Shown: positions 17,882 to 27,530, numbered from the stretch's first letter. The stretch is 32,000 nucleotides of DNA from Xanthomonas campestris pv. campestris str. ATCC 33913 (GCF_000007145.1 NC_003902.1:3386497-3418496); one strand, 5' to 3'. Numbers and translations: made by a program. The notes: generated by a model not told the origin, from the letters alone.

Positions 17882-18991
17882 TTACGCGCCGAGTACGCCG
17901 GGCTGGGCCTGGCCATCGCGCACAAACGGAAACTTCACCGCGCGCAAGGGCACCTGCTTGCCACGGATGTCCACGCGCAGGTCGTCGATGCTGCCGGCCG
18001 GCACGCGTGCAAAGGCAATGGCCTTGCCCAGGGTGGGCGAGAACGTGCCGGACAGGATCTCGCCTTCGCCGCCTGCGCTGAGCACCTTCTGGCCGTGACG
18101 CAGCACGCCCTTCTCGTCCATGACCACGCCGATCATCTGGCGGGGTGCGCCCTGCGCTTTCTGCGACTCCAGCACGCTGCGGCCGATGAAGTCGCGGCCT
18201 TCGTCGAGCGTGATGGTCCAGGCCAGCGCGGCTTCGTACGGAGTGACGTTGTCGTCCATGTCCTGGCCGTAGAGATTCATGCCCGCTTCCAGACGCAAGG
18301 TGTCGCGCGCGCCCAGGCCGGCAGGCGCCACGCCATGCGCGAGCAGCGCATTCCAGAACGCGACCGCATCAGCCTGCGGCAACACAATTTCAAAACCGTC
18401 CTCACCGGTGTAGCCGGTGCGCGCGAGGAACAACGCAACGCCATCGCGCGTGCGCGTCTGCAGCGCAGCGAAGCGGCCGAGCTTGCTCGCAGCGCTAGCG
18501 TCGGCGGGGTCGAGCAGGTCGATCACCTTGCTGCGCGCGTTCGGTCCCTGCACCGCGATCATGGCGAAGTCGGCGCGTTCTTTCACGCGCACCTCGAAGC
18601 GTGCGGCCTGTTCGCCGATCCACTGCAGGTCCTTGTCGCGGGTGGCGGCGTTGACCACCAGGCGGAAAAACTCTTCCTGCATGAAGTACACGATCAGGTC
18701 GTCGATCACGCCACCCTGCGGGTTGAGCATGCAGGTGTACAAGGCCTTGCCGGAGACCTTGAGCTTGTCGACCGAATTGGCCAGCAGGTAGCGCAAGAAC
18801 TCGCGCACGCGCACGCCGTGCAGATCGACCACGGTCATGTGGCTGACGTCGAACATGCCGGCGTCGCGACGCACCTGGTGGTGTTCGTCGATCTGCGAGC
18901 CGTAGTGGATCGGCATGTCCCAACCGCCGAAGTCGACCATCTTGGCGCCGAGCGCGCGATGGGTGTCGTTGAGGATGGTCTTCTGGGTCAT
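17882..18991 (-). CDS. gcvT: Glycine cleavage system aminomethyltransferase T
   Basis: Starting at [32 protein letters not shown] gives 369 aa, a canonical GcvT N-terminus and length. The track ORF to 19183 is an upstream extension. Confidence 0.95.
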   Translation of the reverse strand: MTQKTILNDTHRALGAKMVDFGGWDMPIHYGSQIDEHHQVRRDAGMFDVSHMTVVDLHGVRVREFLRYLLANSVDKLKVSGKALYTCMLNPQGGVIDDLIVYFMQEEFFRLVVNAATRDKDLQWIGEQAARFEVRVKERADFAMIAVQGPNARSKVIDLLDPADASAASKLGRFAALQTRTRDGVALFLARTGYTGEDGFEIVLPQADAVAFWNALLAHGVAPAGLGARDTLRLEAGMNLYGQDMDDNVTPYEAALAWTITLDEGRDFIGRSVLESQKAQGAPRQMIGVVMDEKGVLRHGQKVLSAGGEGEILSGTFSPTLGKAIAFARVPAGSIDDLRVDIRGKQVPLRAVKFPFVRDGQAQPGVLGA

Positions 18992-19170
18992 GAGCGCCGG
19001 TCCAAGGGAAAGAGGACCATTATCGCCGGCCGGCCACGCTTGGGGGAAACCGCGGATTGCCACTGGCGCAACGCACGGCCGGTGCGTGGGCATCGGGGTG
19101 CGTGCGCCGCTTGGACGCACCCGACCAGCGGCGACCGATGAGTTCCCGATTGAGCGGCGTACGGCGCAAG

Positions 19171-19191
19171 ACGGGCGCATCACGCGCCCGT
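19171..19191 (-). terminator. Hairpin downstream of nfeD (possible weak terminator)
   Basis: ACGGGCGC-ATCAC-GCGCCCGT is an 8-bp GC stem. The downstream minus-strand sequence TCTTGCGCC is only a poor U-tract. Confidence 0.35.
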
Positions 19192-19198
19192 GGGTGGA

Positions 19199-19633
19199 TC
19201 AGGTGTTGGGCTGCACCTGCAGGGTCATGCCGTCGACCGCAACGATGCGCACCAGCGCACCGGCGGGAAGATCCGGGCCACTCACTACCCAGAACGCATC
19301 GTCCACCTTAGCGCGGCCACGTCCGTCAACGATCGCCTGATCCAGCAGCACACTGCGGCCGATCAACTGTTCGGCGCGCCGGTTGAGCAAGGGCCGATCA
19401 CTCTGCCGGCCCTTGCCGCGGAACCAGGTGCGATACACCTGGATGGCCACGAAGCTGAGCACCACGAATGCCACGATCTGCAACAGTACCGAGGTGCCGG
19501 GCACGGCCAGCACCAGCACGCACACCGCTGCGGCCGCGATGCCCATCCACAGCAGAAACGCGCCGGGCGCCAGCGTCTCGGCGGCGATCAACAGCAGGGC
19601 CAGCACTGCCCAGGCGACCACGTCCCAGCGCAT
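19199..19633 (-). CDS. ybbJ: NfeD-family membrane protein (YbbJ-like)
   Basis: 144 aa with N-terminal TM helices and a C-terminal OB-like domain (GRAKVDDAFWVVSG...VRIVAVDGMTLQV). It sits 3 nt downstream of qmcA, matching the E. coli qmcA-ybbJ arrangement. Confidence 0.88.
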   Translation of the reverse strand: MRWDVVAWAVLALLLIAAETLAPGAFLLWMGIAAAAVCVLVLAVPGTSVLLQIVAFVVLSFVAIQVYRTWFRGKGRQSDRPLLNRRAEQLIGRSVLLDQAIVDGRGRAKVDDAFWVVSGPDLPAGALVRIVAVDGMTLQVQPNT

Positions 19634-19636
19634 CGC

Positions 19637-20602
19637 TCAGCCTCCCGCGCGCGGCGGTAGTGGCGGCACGTGCACCACCGGCGCGTCGGGCTTGCCTAAG
19701 GCCTCCTTGGCCAGCTCGGCGATGCCGGCGATGGAGCCGATGATGCCGCTGGATTCCATCGGCATCAGCACGAACTTCTGGTTGGGCGCGGTGGCCAGTG
19801 CCTTGAACGCTTCCACATACTTCTGCGCAACGAAATAGTTGATGGCCTGCACGCTGCCCTGTGCGATCGCATCGGACACCACCTGGGTGGCTTTGGCTTC
19901 GGCCTCGGCCAGGCGCTCGCGTGCCTCGGCATCGCGGAACGCGGCTTCCTTGCGGCCTTCGGCTTCGAGCACGGCGGCCTGCTTCTCGCCTTCGGCACGC
20001 AGGATTTCCGATTGACGCGAGCCTTCGGCTTCGAGAATCTGCGCGCGCTTCTCGCGCTCGGCCTTCATCTGCCGCGCCATCGAATCGATCAGGTCGCGCG
20101 GCGGCTGGATGTCGCGGATCTCGATACGGGTGACCTTGATGCCCCACGGGTTGGTGGCCTGGTCGACCACGCTGAGCAGCTGAGCGTTGATGGTTTCGCG
20201 CTGGCTGAGCGATTCGTCCAGGTCCATCGAACCGATCACCGTGCGGATATTGGTCTGCACCAGCGCGATGCTGGCGATTTCCAGATTCGACACTTCATAG
20301 GCGGCCTTGGCCGCGTCCAGCACCTGGAAGAACACCACGCCGTCCACGCGCACCACCGCGTTGTCCTTGGTGATGACGTCCTGGCTGGGCACGTCGAGCA
20401 CCTGTTCCATCATGTTGATCTTGCGGCCCACGCCGTAGACCACCGGAATCAGGAAATGCAGGCCCGGCGTCATCGTGTGGGTGTAGCGGCCGAAGCGCTC
20501 CACGGTCCACTCAAATCCCTGCGGCACCATGCGCACCGTCTTGAACAGCACGATGACGCCAGCGACCAGAACCACGATTGCCAAGAACGATGTTGGAAAC
20601 AT
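19637..20602 (-). CDS. qmcA: SPFH/band-7 (stomatin-like) membrane protein
   Basis: 321 aa, collinear with E. coli QmcA as I remember it: VPQGFEWTVERFGRYT, GRKINMMEQVLDVPSQDVITKDNA, NPWGIKVTRIEIRDI, VNYFVAQKY. AAGGAG lies upstream of the ATG. Confidence 0.93.
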   Translation of the reverse strand: MFPTSFLAIVVLVAGVIVLFKTVRMVPQGFEWTVERFGRYTHTMTPGLHFLIPVVYGVGRKINMMEQVLDVPSQDVITKDNAVVRVDGVVFFQVLDAAKAAYEVSNLEIASIALVQTNIRTVIGSMDLDESLSQRETINAQLLSVVDQATNPWGIKVTRIEIRDIQPPRDLIDSMARQMKAEREKRAQILEAEGSRQSEILRAEGEKQAAVLEAEGRKEAAFRDAEARERLAEAEAKATQVVSDAIAQGSVQAINYFVAQKYVEAFKALATAPNQKFVLMPMESSGIIGSIAGIAELAKEALGKPDAPVVHVPPLPPRAGG

Positions 20603-20953
20603 GTGTCACTCCTTCCCCGATGCGAACGATCCTTGCCCAAGTATAGGCCTGTGCGTGGGACTGCCCGAATGCGCTGGAAGGCGGGAGGCATGCACGTAGG
20701 ATCATCGATGGGTGCGATCAGGCAGGCGGCGCATAGGCGCTGCGCATGACCAACCTTACGCGTGTGCGCGGCGCTTGATCAGTACGCGCGTGATCCCCTC
20801 GCATGGCGCAGTGCAGCAGCCACGGCGATCTGTCTCGGACTTGCCGAAGGCAGTTCTCGCTGCGACGCATAAGAAGGTGTGGAGAGATACCGCCTCAACG
20901 TGCAGCGCGATGGCGAGGCACTGCATGCCTGTGGCCCAGACGCACGAGCGCAC

Positions 20954-21289
20954 TCAACCGGAGCGCGGCGAGAACATGATGATGGCCATGCCCAGCAGGC
21001 AGCAGCCGGCGCCGAGCAGATCCCACCGCGTGGGCGTCACCCGGTCCACCCACCACAGCCACAGCAGTGCGGTGGCGATGTAGACGCCACCATAGGCCGC
21101 ATACACGCGGCCGCTGGCGGCCGGGTGCAAGGTCAACAACCAGACGAACACCGCCAGGCTGAGTGCCGCCGGCAACAGCAGCCACACGCTGCCGCCTTTG
21201 CGCAGCCAAAGATAAGGAAGGTAGCAACCCACCAATTCGGCCACCGCGGTGGCCACGAACAACAGCAGCGTGGTCAGCGCCACGCTCAC
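20954..21289 (-). CDS. ynfA: YnfA-family (UPF0060) small membrane protein
   Basis: 111 aa with [39 protein letters not shown], very close to E. coli YnfA. The GTG start overlaps the mazG stop (GTGA at 21286-21289). Confidence 0.9.
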   Translation of the reverse strand: MSVALTTLLLFVATAVAELVGCYLPYLWLRKGGSVWLLLPAALSLAVFVWLLTLHPAASGRVYAAYGGVYIATALLWLWWVDRVTPTRWDLLGAGCCLLGMAIIMFSPRSG

Positions 21290-22110
21290 TGCGCGGCGGG
21301 CTCGTCACGCTTGACGCGTTGCCACAACGCTTCCTGTTCGCTCAGCGATAGCGCGTCCAGCGCGGTACCGTCGGCCTGGGCATATGCCTCCATCGCGCGG
21401 AAGCGACGCTCGAATTTCAGGTTGGCGTGGCGCAACGCCGCGCCAACATTCACCTTGGCGTGCCGGGCCAGGTTGGCGCAGACAAACAGCACATCGCCCA
21501 ACTCGTCTTCCAGTCGCGCCTGGTTATCGGCGACCGGGCCACGCGCAAACTCCACGCGCAGCTCATCGATTTCTTCCTGCAGTTTTTCCAGCACCGGCGC
21601 CGGGCCGGGCCAGTCGAAACCGACCCGCGCCGCGCGCGACTGCAGCTTGGTGGCACGCTGCCACTCCGGCAGCCCGCGTGCGATGCCGGCCAGCGCGGAA
21701 CTGTCTTTCTCTCCCGCCGCACGGCGCTCCTCGCGCTTGATCTGTTCCCAGTTGACGCTCACCGCCTGCGCGCCATCCACCTGCTGCGCGCCGAAGACAT
21801 GCGGATGGCGACGCACCAGCTTGTCGCTGATGCTGGCGACCACGTCGGCAAACCCGAAGGCACCTTGCTCGGACGCCATCTGCGCGTGGAAGACCACCTG
21901 CAACAACAGGTCGCCCAATTCGTCCTGCAGGCCGGGCAGGTCGTGGCGATCGATCGCGTCGGCCACTTCGTAGGCTTCTTCGATGGTGTACGGCGCAATC
22001 GTGGCGAAGGTCTGTTCGACATCCCACGGGCAGCCCTGCTCGCGGTCGCGCAGGCGCGCCATCAGCTGCAGCAGGTGCGCGATATCGCCGCTGGAAGGAG
22101 GTTGGCTCAT
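21286..22110 (-). CDS. mazG: Nucleoside triphosphate pyrophosphohydrolase MazG
   Basis: Starting at [34 protein letters not shown] gives 274 aa with tandem MazG domains ([10 protein letters not shown]..., [28 protein letters not shown]). The track ORF to 22341 is an extension into cysQ. Confidence 0.92.
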   Translation of the reverse strand: MSQPPSSGDIAHLLQLMARLRDREQGCPWDVEQTFATIAPYTIEEAYEVADAIDRHDLPGLQDELGDLLLQVVFHAQMASEQGAFGFADVVASISDKLVRRHPHVFGAQQVDGAQAVSVNWEQIKREERRAAGEKDSSALAGIARGLPEWQRATKLQSRAARVGFDWPGPAPVLEKLQEEIDELRVEFARGPVADNQARLEDELGDVLFVCANLARHAKVNVGAALRHANLKFERRFRAMEAYAQADGTALDALSLSEQEALWQRVKRDEPAAQ

Positions 22111-22144
22111 TGGATCTCTCGTTGGGTGCGGCGGGGCGGCAGGC

Positions 22145-22945
22145 TTACACCAGCCAGTCGCGCCACGGCAGGCCGGGGTCGCCCAGGGCGATGAAGTCGC
22201 CATTGAGCAAGGTGTCGCGGCGGTTGTAGCGGAACGGCTTGCCGGTGCCGGCCGCGAGCAACGCGCCACCGGCGGCATGCAGCACGCACTGGCCAGCGGC
22301 GGTGTCCCACTCGGAGGTGGGACCGAAGCGCGGGTACACATCCAGCTCGCCTTCGGCGATGCGGCAGAACTTCAATGAGGAACCCTGCGCCACCACGTCG
22401 ATCTGGCCCATGCGTTCCAGCGCTGCGGCTGTGCGTGCATCGCGATGCGAGCGGCTGGCGGCGACCCGCAGCGGGGCAGCAGCGGGCGTGCGCGAATGCA
22501 GCATTTCGTCGCGGTCGCCATCGCGGCGGTAGGCGTTCTCACCGCGCGCCGCATACCAGACCCGTCCATCGACCGGCGCCTGCACTACGCCGAGCACCGG
22601 CGCGCCCATGTGGATCAGGGCGATGTTGACGCTGAACTCGCCGTTGCGCTTGACGAACTCGCGCGTGCCATCCAGCGGGTCGACCAGCCAATAGCTGGTC
22701 CAGTACTGGCGTTCTTCCCAGGCCACGTGGACAGACTCTTCCGACAACACCGGCACATCCGGCGTGACCCGGCGCAAGCCTTCCACGATGACGCGGTTGG
22801 CGGCCAGGTCGGCCTGGGTCAACGGGCTGGCGTCGGCCTTGATCTCGACAGCGAAATCCTGCGCGTACACCTCCATGATGGCGTCGCCGGCCTGGCGCGC
22901 GATCGCGATCACGGTCTCGCGCAATTCCATCGGGATGCGGATCAT
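22145..22945 (-). CDS. cysQ: 3'(2'),5'-bisphosphate nucleotidase (inositol monophosphatase family)
   Basis: MIRIPMELRETVIAIARQAGDAIMEVY..., with WLVDPLDGTREFVKRNGEFSVNIALI and WDTAAG motifs. The ATG at 22945 overlaps the nudE stop (ATGA). An alternative start is MEL at 22930. Confidence 0.9.
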   Translation of the reverse strand: MIRIPMELRETVIAIARQAGDAIMEVYAQDFAVEIKADASPLTQADLAANRVIVEGLRRVTPDVPVLSEESVHVAWEERQYWTSYWLVDPLDGTREFVKRNGEFSVNIALIHMGAPVLGVVQAPVDGRVWYAARGENAYRRDGDRDEMLHSRTPAAAPLRVAASRSHRDARTAAALERMGQIDVVAQGSSLKFCRIAEGELDVYPRFGPTSEWDTAAGQCVLHAAGGALLAAGTGKPFRYNRRDTLLNGDFIALGDPGLPWRDWLV

Positions 22946-23490
22946 GGGTTGCGCTCCAGCCACTCGCGCGCAATGAACAGGGCCGCCAGGGAGCGGCCCT
23001 CGGAGAAGTCTTCGCGCAGCATCAGTTCGTCCAGGCGTGCCAAGGGCCAGGGGATGACATCCAGTTCTTCGGGTTCGTCGCCGGGCAGACGCTCGGGGTA
23101 GAGGTCGCGCGCCAGCACCAGCCAGGATTGGTGACTCATATAAGTAGGAGCAAGCGTCATGGCGCGCAGCACCTGCACCTGGCGCGCGCCGTAGCCGGCT
23201 TCTTCCTTGAGCTCGCGGTCGGCGGCCTGCTCGGGCGTCTCGCCGGCATCGATGCGGCCCTTGACCAGGCCCAGCTCGTAGCGGTGCACGCCAGCGGCGT
23301 ACTCGCGTACCAGCAGCACGGTCTGCGCATCGAGCATCGGCACCACCACCACCGCGCCGTGGCCCTGGCTGAGCTGACGTTCGTACAGGCGCCGCTCGCC
23401 GTTGGAAAATTCCAGATCCAGCTGCTGACGCCGGAACGGCCCTTCGCCCAGATCGGTGATCTTGTGGATGGTCGGCAGACGCGTGCTCAT
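22942..23490 (-). CDS. nudE: Nudix hydrolase, ADP-compounds hydrolase NudE type
   Basis: Starting at MSTRLPTIHK gives 182 aa. LDLEFSNGERRLYER, the Nudix box GRIDAGETPEQAADRELKEEAGY, and DLYPERLPGDEPEEL...WPL track E. coli NudE closely. Confidence 0.9.
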   Translation of the reverse strand: MSTRLPTIHKITDLGEGPFRRQQLDLEFSNGERRLYERQLSQGHGAVVVVPMLDAQTVLLVREYAAGVHRYELGLVKGRIDAGETPEQAADRELKEEAGYGARQVQVLRAMTLAPTYMSHQSWLVLARDLYPERLPGDEPEELDVIPWPLARLDELMLREDFSEGRSLAALFIAREWLERNP

Positions 23491-23531
23491 GCGCAGCACG
23501 CAGCGGCGGAGCCGGCCGATAGAATAGGCAG

Positions 23532-24950
23532 ATGCATCGACATGTTCATGAGCCCGAAATCCTAGCAGACCCGGCAGCCTTCGAAGCTGCCGAACATTGG
23601 CGGCAACGCGATCTTGCGGTGGTGTGGCACCCCTGCACCCAGATGCGCGAGCACCCGCACACACTACCCCTGGTGCCGATCGCACGTGGCGACGGCGCCT
23701 GGCTGATCGGCCACGATGGCCGCCACTATCTGGATGCGGTCAGCAGCTGGTGGACCAACCTGTTTGGACACGCCGAACCGCGCATCGGCGCGGCCATCGC
23801 GCAGCAGGCCGGCAGGTTGGAACAGGTGATGCTGGCCGGCTTCACGCATGCGCCCGCCGTGCAACTGGCCGAGCGGCTGTTGGCCATCGCGCCGCGCCAG
23901 CCCGACCGCGCGCCACTGGCCAAGGTGTTCTACGCCGACAATGGCTCGGCCGGGGTGGAAGTCGCCTTGAAGATGGCCTTCCACTATTTCCACAACCGTG
24001 ACGAGCACCGCCGCACGCGTTTCATCGCGCTGGAGAACGGTTACCACGGCGAGACCATCGGTGCGCTGTCGGTGGGCGACATTCCGCTGTACCGCCGCGT
24101 GTACGCGCCGCTGTTGCTGGAATCGATCTTCGCGCCTTCGCCCGATGCGTACCTGGCCGAGCCGGGACAGAGCGCCGAGGACTACGCGTTGCAGGCGGCC
24201 GATGCACTGCAGCATCTGCTGGAGCAATCCCCGGGCGAAATCTGCGCCTTGATCCTGGAGCCGCGGGTGCAGTGCGCCGGCGGCATGCGCATGTATCACC
24301 CGGCCTACCTGCGCCGCGCGCGCGAACTGTGCGATGCGCATGGCGTGTTCCTGATCGCCGACGAGATCGCCACCGGCTTTGGCCGCACCGGCACCTTGTT
24401 CGCCTGCGAACAGGCCGGCGTGATGCCGGATCTGTTGTGCCTGTCGAAAGGACTCACCGGTGGCTTCCTGCCCCTGTCGGCGGTACTGGCCACGCAGCAG
24501 CTGTATGACGCGTTTCTGGATGACTCGCGCGAGCGCGCCTTCCTGCATTCGCACAGCTACACCGGCAACCCGCTGGCGTGTGCGGCGGCGCTGGCGACGC
24601 TGCAGATCTTCGCCGACGACGACATCATTGCGCGTAACCAACGTACCGCTGCACACATGACCCAGCTCGCTGCGCAGATCGGCGAGCACAGCGCGGTGGC
24701 CGACGTGCGCCAGGCCGGCATGATCGTGGCCTTCGAGCTCACCCAGGGCGGCGACAAGCGCACGCCCTTCCCCGCCGCCGCGCGCGTGGGCCTGCAGGCC
24801 TACCGCGCTGCATTGGCACGTGGCGTGGTGCTGCGCCCGTTGGGCGACGTGCTGTACTGGATGCCGCCGTATTGCGTGGACGACGCACAGCTTGCGCTGC
24901 TTGCCGACACCACCCGCCACGCCATCGCCAAGGCCGTTGCATGCGCCTGA
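23532..24950 (+). CDS. bioA: Adenosylmethionine-8-amino-7-oxononanoate aminotransferase
   Basis: 472 aa with WHPCTQM, SSWWTNLFGH, the PLP-lysine context LCLSKGLTGG, and HSHSYTGNPLACAAA. It is an orphan in this window, with no other bio genes adjacent. Confidence 0.93.
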   Translation: MHRHVHEPEILADPAAFEAAEHWRQRDLAVVWHPCTQMREHPHTLPLVPIARGDGAWLIGHDGRHYLDAVSSWWTNLFGHAEPRIGAAIAQQAGRLEQVMLAGFTHAPAVQLAERLLAIAPRQPDRAPLAKVFYADNGSAGVEVALKMAFHYFHNRDEHRRTRFIALENGYHGETIGALSVGDIPLYRRVYAPLLLESIFAPSPDAYLAEPGQSAEDYALQAADALQHLLEQSPGEICALILEPRVQCAGGMRMYHPAYLRRARELCDAHGVFLIADEIATGFGRTGTLFACEQAGVMPDLLCLSKGLTGGFLPLSAVLATQQLYDAFLDDSRERAFLHSHSYTGNPLACAAALATLQIFADDDIIARNQRTAAHMTQLAAQIGEHSAVADVRQAGMIVAFELTQGGDKRTPFPAAARVGLQAYRAALARGVVLRPLGDVLYWMPPYCVDDAQLALLADTTRHAIAKAVACA

Positions 24951-25675
24951 CCCGTTCGTATGTTGCATTGCCGCTGCACAGCGGCGGCGATGTCACGCTG
25001 CCGGAGGAATCGGCCAACCACCTGCTGCGTGTGCTGCGGCTGCGCGAAGGCGATGCCTGCGTGCTGTTCAATGGCGACGGCAGTGACTACCACGCACGCA
25101 TCACCGTGGCCGGCAAGCGCGAGGCGCGGGCTGTGGTCGAGCGCGTCGAGGCAGTGAGCAACGAACCGCCGCTGGCAATCACCCTGCTGCAGGGCATTGC
25201 GCGCGGCGAGAAGATGGACCTGATTCTGCAGAAAGCCACCGAGCTCGGCGTGACAGCGGTCGTGCCGGTCAATGCCGAGCGCACCGAGGTGAAGTTGGAT
25301 GCCGCGCGCCTGGAAAAACGCATGGCGCATTGGCGCAGCGTGATTGTCTCGGCCTGCGAGCAATCCGGGCGCGCACGCATTCCCTCGCTGGCACCGCCTT
25401 CCTCGCTGCAGGACGCCGCGCGTGCAAGCGATGCACAGGCGCTGCGGTTGACGCTGGACCCGCACGGCGAACATCGCCTGGGCACGCTGGCGGTGCAGCC
25501 CGGGCAAGAGCTGATTGTGGCGATTGGCCCGGAAGGCGGCTGGTCACCGCGCGACCGCACAACGCTGGGCGAGGCCGGCTTTACCGGCTTGCGCCTGGGT
25601 CCCCGCATCCTGCGCACCGAAACCGCGGGATTGGCAGCGATTGCGGCGCTGCAGTCGCGATTTGGGGATTTGTAG
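24941..25675 (+). CDS. rsmE: 16S rRNA (uracil1498-N3)-methyltransferase
   Basis: Starting at MRLTRSYVALPL gives 244 aa with the RsmE motifs HLLRVLRLREGD, LLQGIARGEKMDLILQKATELGV, IGPEGGWS and LGPRILRTETA. It overlaps the bioA 3' end by 10 nt. Confidence 0.92.
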   Translation: MRLTRSYVALPLHSGGDVTLPEESANHLLRVLRLREGDACVLFNGDGSDYHARITVAGKREARAVVERVEAVSNEPPLAITLLQGIARGEKMDLILQKATELGVTAVVPVNAERTEVKLDAARLEKRMAHWRSVIVSACEQSGRARIPSLAPPSSLQDAARASDAQALRLTLDPHGEHRLGTLAVQPGQELIVAIGPEGGWSPRDRTTLGEAGFTGLRLGPRILRTETAGLAAIAALQSRFGDL

Positions 25676-25735
25676 GGCCGGTTGTTCGTGTGTGTGCGGC
25701 ACTGGCCAGGCACGCCCTGTCAGGGCTACGTTTCT

Positions 25736-25801
25736 GTAGGAGCGCGCTCGGGCGCGAGGGCGTTATCGGTAGAGCCTCATCGCGCCCGAGGGCGCTCCTA
25801 C
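25736..25801. repeat. REP-type palindromic element (GTAGGAGCGC ... GCGCTCCTAC), copy 1
   Basis: 66 bp. The arms are about 22 bp (GTAGGAGCGCGCTCGGGCGCGA / TCGCGCCCGAGGGCGCTCCTAC) around a loop of about 22 nt. The GTAG-headed palindrome is typical of Xanthomonadaceae REP/SMAG-like elements. Confidence 0.8.
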
Positions 25802-25817
25802 GATGTGCTGTGACTTT

Positions 25818-25845
25818 CCTGCTTACTTATCCCTGCTTACCTATC
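25818..25845. repeat. Tandem 14-mer duplication CCTGCTTACTTATC / CCTGCTTACCTATC
   Basis: Two adjacent 14-bp units with one mismatch, in the AT-richer spacer between the two REP copies. Confidence 0.6.
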
Positions 25846-26001
25846 AAAGCCGCGCATCTCGACATCGGCATCAGCGGGTTGCGTGATGACGGCGCGCAGC
25901 AGTCGAATTGGGAATCTTAGGGCGGACTTCAGCCAGGCACGTACCGCGCTGACCAAGCATTCCGCGGACCAGGCGCTGGCTGTGAGGCGATCCGCTCTTA
26001 T

Positions 26002-26067
26002 GTAGGAGCGCCCTTGGGCGCGAGGGCTCTACCGGTAGAGCTTCATCGCGCCCGAGAGCGCTCCTAC
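26002..26067. repeat. REP-type palindromic element, copy 2 (same orientation as copy 1)
   Basis: 66 bp: GTAGGAGCGCCCTTGGGCGCGAGGGCTCTACCGGTAGAGCTTCATCGCGCCCGAGAGCGCTCCTAC. The loop is collinear with copy 1, so the two are direct repeats 200 bp apart. It lies about 80 bp downstream of the kinase gene's stop codon and may also act as its terminator. Confidence 0.8.
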
Positions 26068-26147
26068 GTGTGTCCGGCTACACCAGGCGCGTGGTAGCGC
26101 TGCGTACCGAACGCATGCTGCCTCCGCGCCCCGCGAAACCCGGGCGC

Positions 26148-27164
26148 TTAGCGGCCGTGCTGCAGGAACCAGCTGGCGGCACCGATCACGCCAAGCTGGC
26201 CATGTTCGACGATGCGCACCGGCACCTGCTCCAGCGCAGGGCGCAGCGGGCCCTTGTCGAGCAAGCGGGCAGCGAAGTCGCTGCGGGCGATGAAGTCGGC
26301 AATCTGCGGCAGGAAACCACCGGCCAGATACACACCGCTGCGCACGCCGTACAACAGCATCATGTCGCCGACCACGCTGCCCATGAAACCGCAGAACGTC
26401 TGCAGCGCCTCGTGCGCCAGCACGTCGTCACCCGCCAGTGCTGCGGCAGTGACCGCAGCCGGGGTGGCGTGCACCGCCGGCGCGTCGCGCAGCGTGGCCA
26501 GCGCGGTATACAGCGTGAGCAAGCCCGGGCCGGAGAGAAAGTGTTCGGTCGCCACATGGGTGCGCGTGCGGCGCAACTCCTGCAGCAAGGCCACTTCCAG
26601 ATCGCTGGCTGCCGCCAGTGCGGCGTGGCCGGCCTCGGTCGGCAGCACCACCGAGTTCCCCCCATTGGGAATCCACAGCGCCGCGCCCAGGCCAGTGCCC
26701 GGGCCGAGCACCAATGCCGGGCCAGGAGCGCCCTGGGCGGGGCCGGACAGCTGCATGACCTGATTGCCGGTCATGTAATTGGCCGCGTAGGCGACCGCTT
26801 CGAAATCGTTGACCAGGTGCAAGGCCTGCATGCCGAGCTGCTGGCGGATCTGCTCCGGCGCCAGCACCCACGGCAGATTGGCGGTGATCACACGGCCATC
26901 TTCCAGTGCATACCCGGCGCTGGCGATCACGCCACGGCGCACCGGCGCGCAGGACAGCTCGGCAAAGAACGCGGCCATGATCTCGGCCAGGCCCGGGTAA
27001 TCAGCGCAGCGGTACTTGCGGTAATCCAGCACGGTGACCGGCTTGCGCGGATCGTTGCTCTCGCAGGCCAGCGCCAGGCGCACATGCGTTCCTCCGACAT
27101 CGGCGGCAACGAAGGTTTCGGGGCGCGGAAATGCCACCGCTTCCATTGGGCTGCTTGCGCTCAC
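26148..27164 (-). CDS. glk: Glucokinase-family (ROK-less Glk type) sugar kinase; possibly a GlcNAc kinase given its neighbours
   Basis: FVAADVGGTHVRLAL (ATP-binding), HLVNDFEAVAYA, LVLGPGTGLGAA, PTEAGHA, FLSGPGL and VYLAGG are collinear with E. coli Glk. I chose the GTG at 27164 because AGGAGA lies 4 nt upstream. An alternative is the ATG at 27146. The symbol reflects family only. Confidence 0.88.
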   Translation of the reverse strand: MSASSPMEAVAFPRPETFVAADVGGTHVRLALACESNDPRKPVTVLDYRKYRCADYPGLAEIMAAFFAELSCAPVRRGVIASAGYALEDGRVITANLPWVLAPEQIRQQLGMQALHLVNDFEAVAYAANYMTGNQVMQLSGPAQGAPGPALVLGPGTGLGAALWIPNGGNSVVLPTEAGHAALAAASDLEVALLQELRRTRTHVATEHFLSGPGLLTLYTALATLRDAPAVHATPAAVTAAALAGDDVLAHEALQTFCGFMGSVVGDMMLLYGVRSGVYLAGGFLPQIADFIARSDFAARLLDKGPLRPALEQVPVRIVEHGQLGVIGAASWFLQHGR

Positions 27165-27229
27165 GCATTCTCCTGATAAGTGGCAGCGGGGCCGACATCG
27201 TCCTGCTGGCCGACGAACGGCGAGCGGGT

Positions 27230-27243
27230 AGACAACGTTGTCA
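27230..27243. promoter_or_regulatory. LacI-family-type operator palindrome (box A), AGACAACGTTGTCA
   Basis: The core GACAACGTTGTC is a perfect 12-bp palindrome with a CG centre, 66 bp upstream of the kinase start. It differs from box B by one base over 13 nt. Confidence 0.55.
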
Positions 27244-27516
27244 GCAATCGTCCTGTAACGCAACCGTCGCGCGCGTACTGCGTCGCGCGCGCGGCAAATT
27301 CCATCATCCAACAAATATCAGCGCTGGTAATGGTGATTCCGGCACAAACTTTAGTGATGTCGGCTTGAATTGCACATCAGCCATAGAAACGGCCGATGGC
27401 TGCACACATCGCGTGCGGCCCAATTGCGCAGCGCCGCTGGCGTTCCGCAAACCACCGCACAAAAATGCTGCATTGCAGCGCAATCGCAGCCACTTCAGAG
27501 ATCTGTGACGATGTGT

Positions 27517-27530
27517 TGACAACGCTGTCA
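27517..27530. promoter_or_regulatory. LacI-family-type operator palindrome (box B), TGACAACGCTGTCA
   Basis: It is embedded in TTGACAACGCTGTCAA (27516-27531). The left half doubles as a consensus -35 TTGACA. It lies 340 bp upstream of the receptor ATG. Confidence 0.55.

Noticed and set aside
18992-19198. Annotating a glycine riboswitch upstream of gcvT.
   Set aside because: The conserved aptamer core sequences are not visible on the minus strand. It is kept only as a question to test with cmsearch.
23491-23531. A BirA (bioO-type) operator between nudE and bioA.
   Set aside because: No TTGTAAACC-like inverted repeat, or any clear palindrome, is present in the 41-bp gap.
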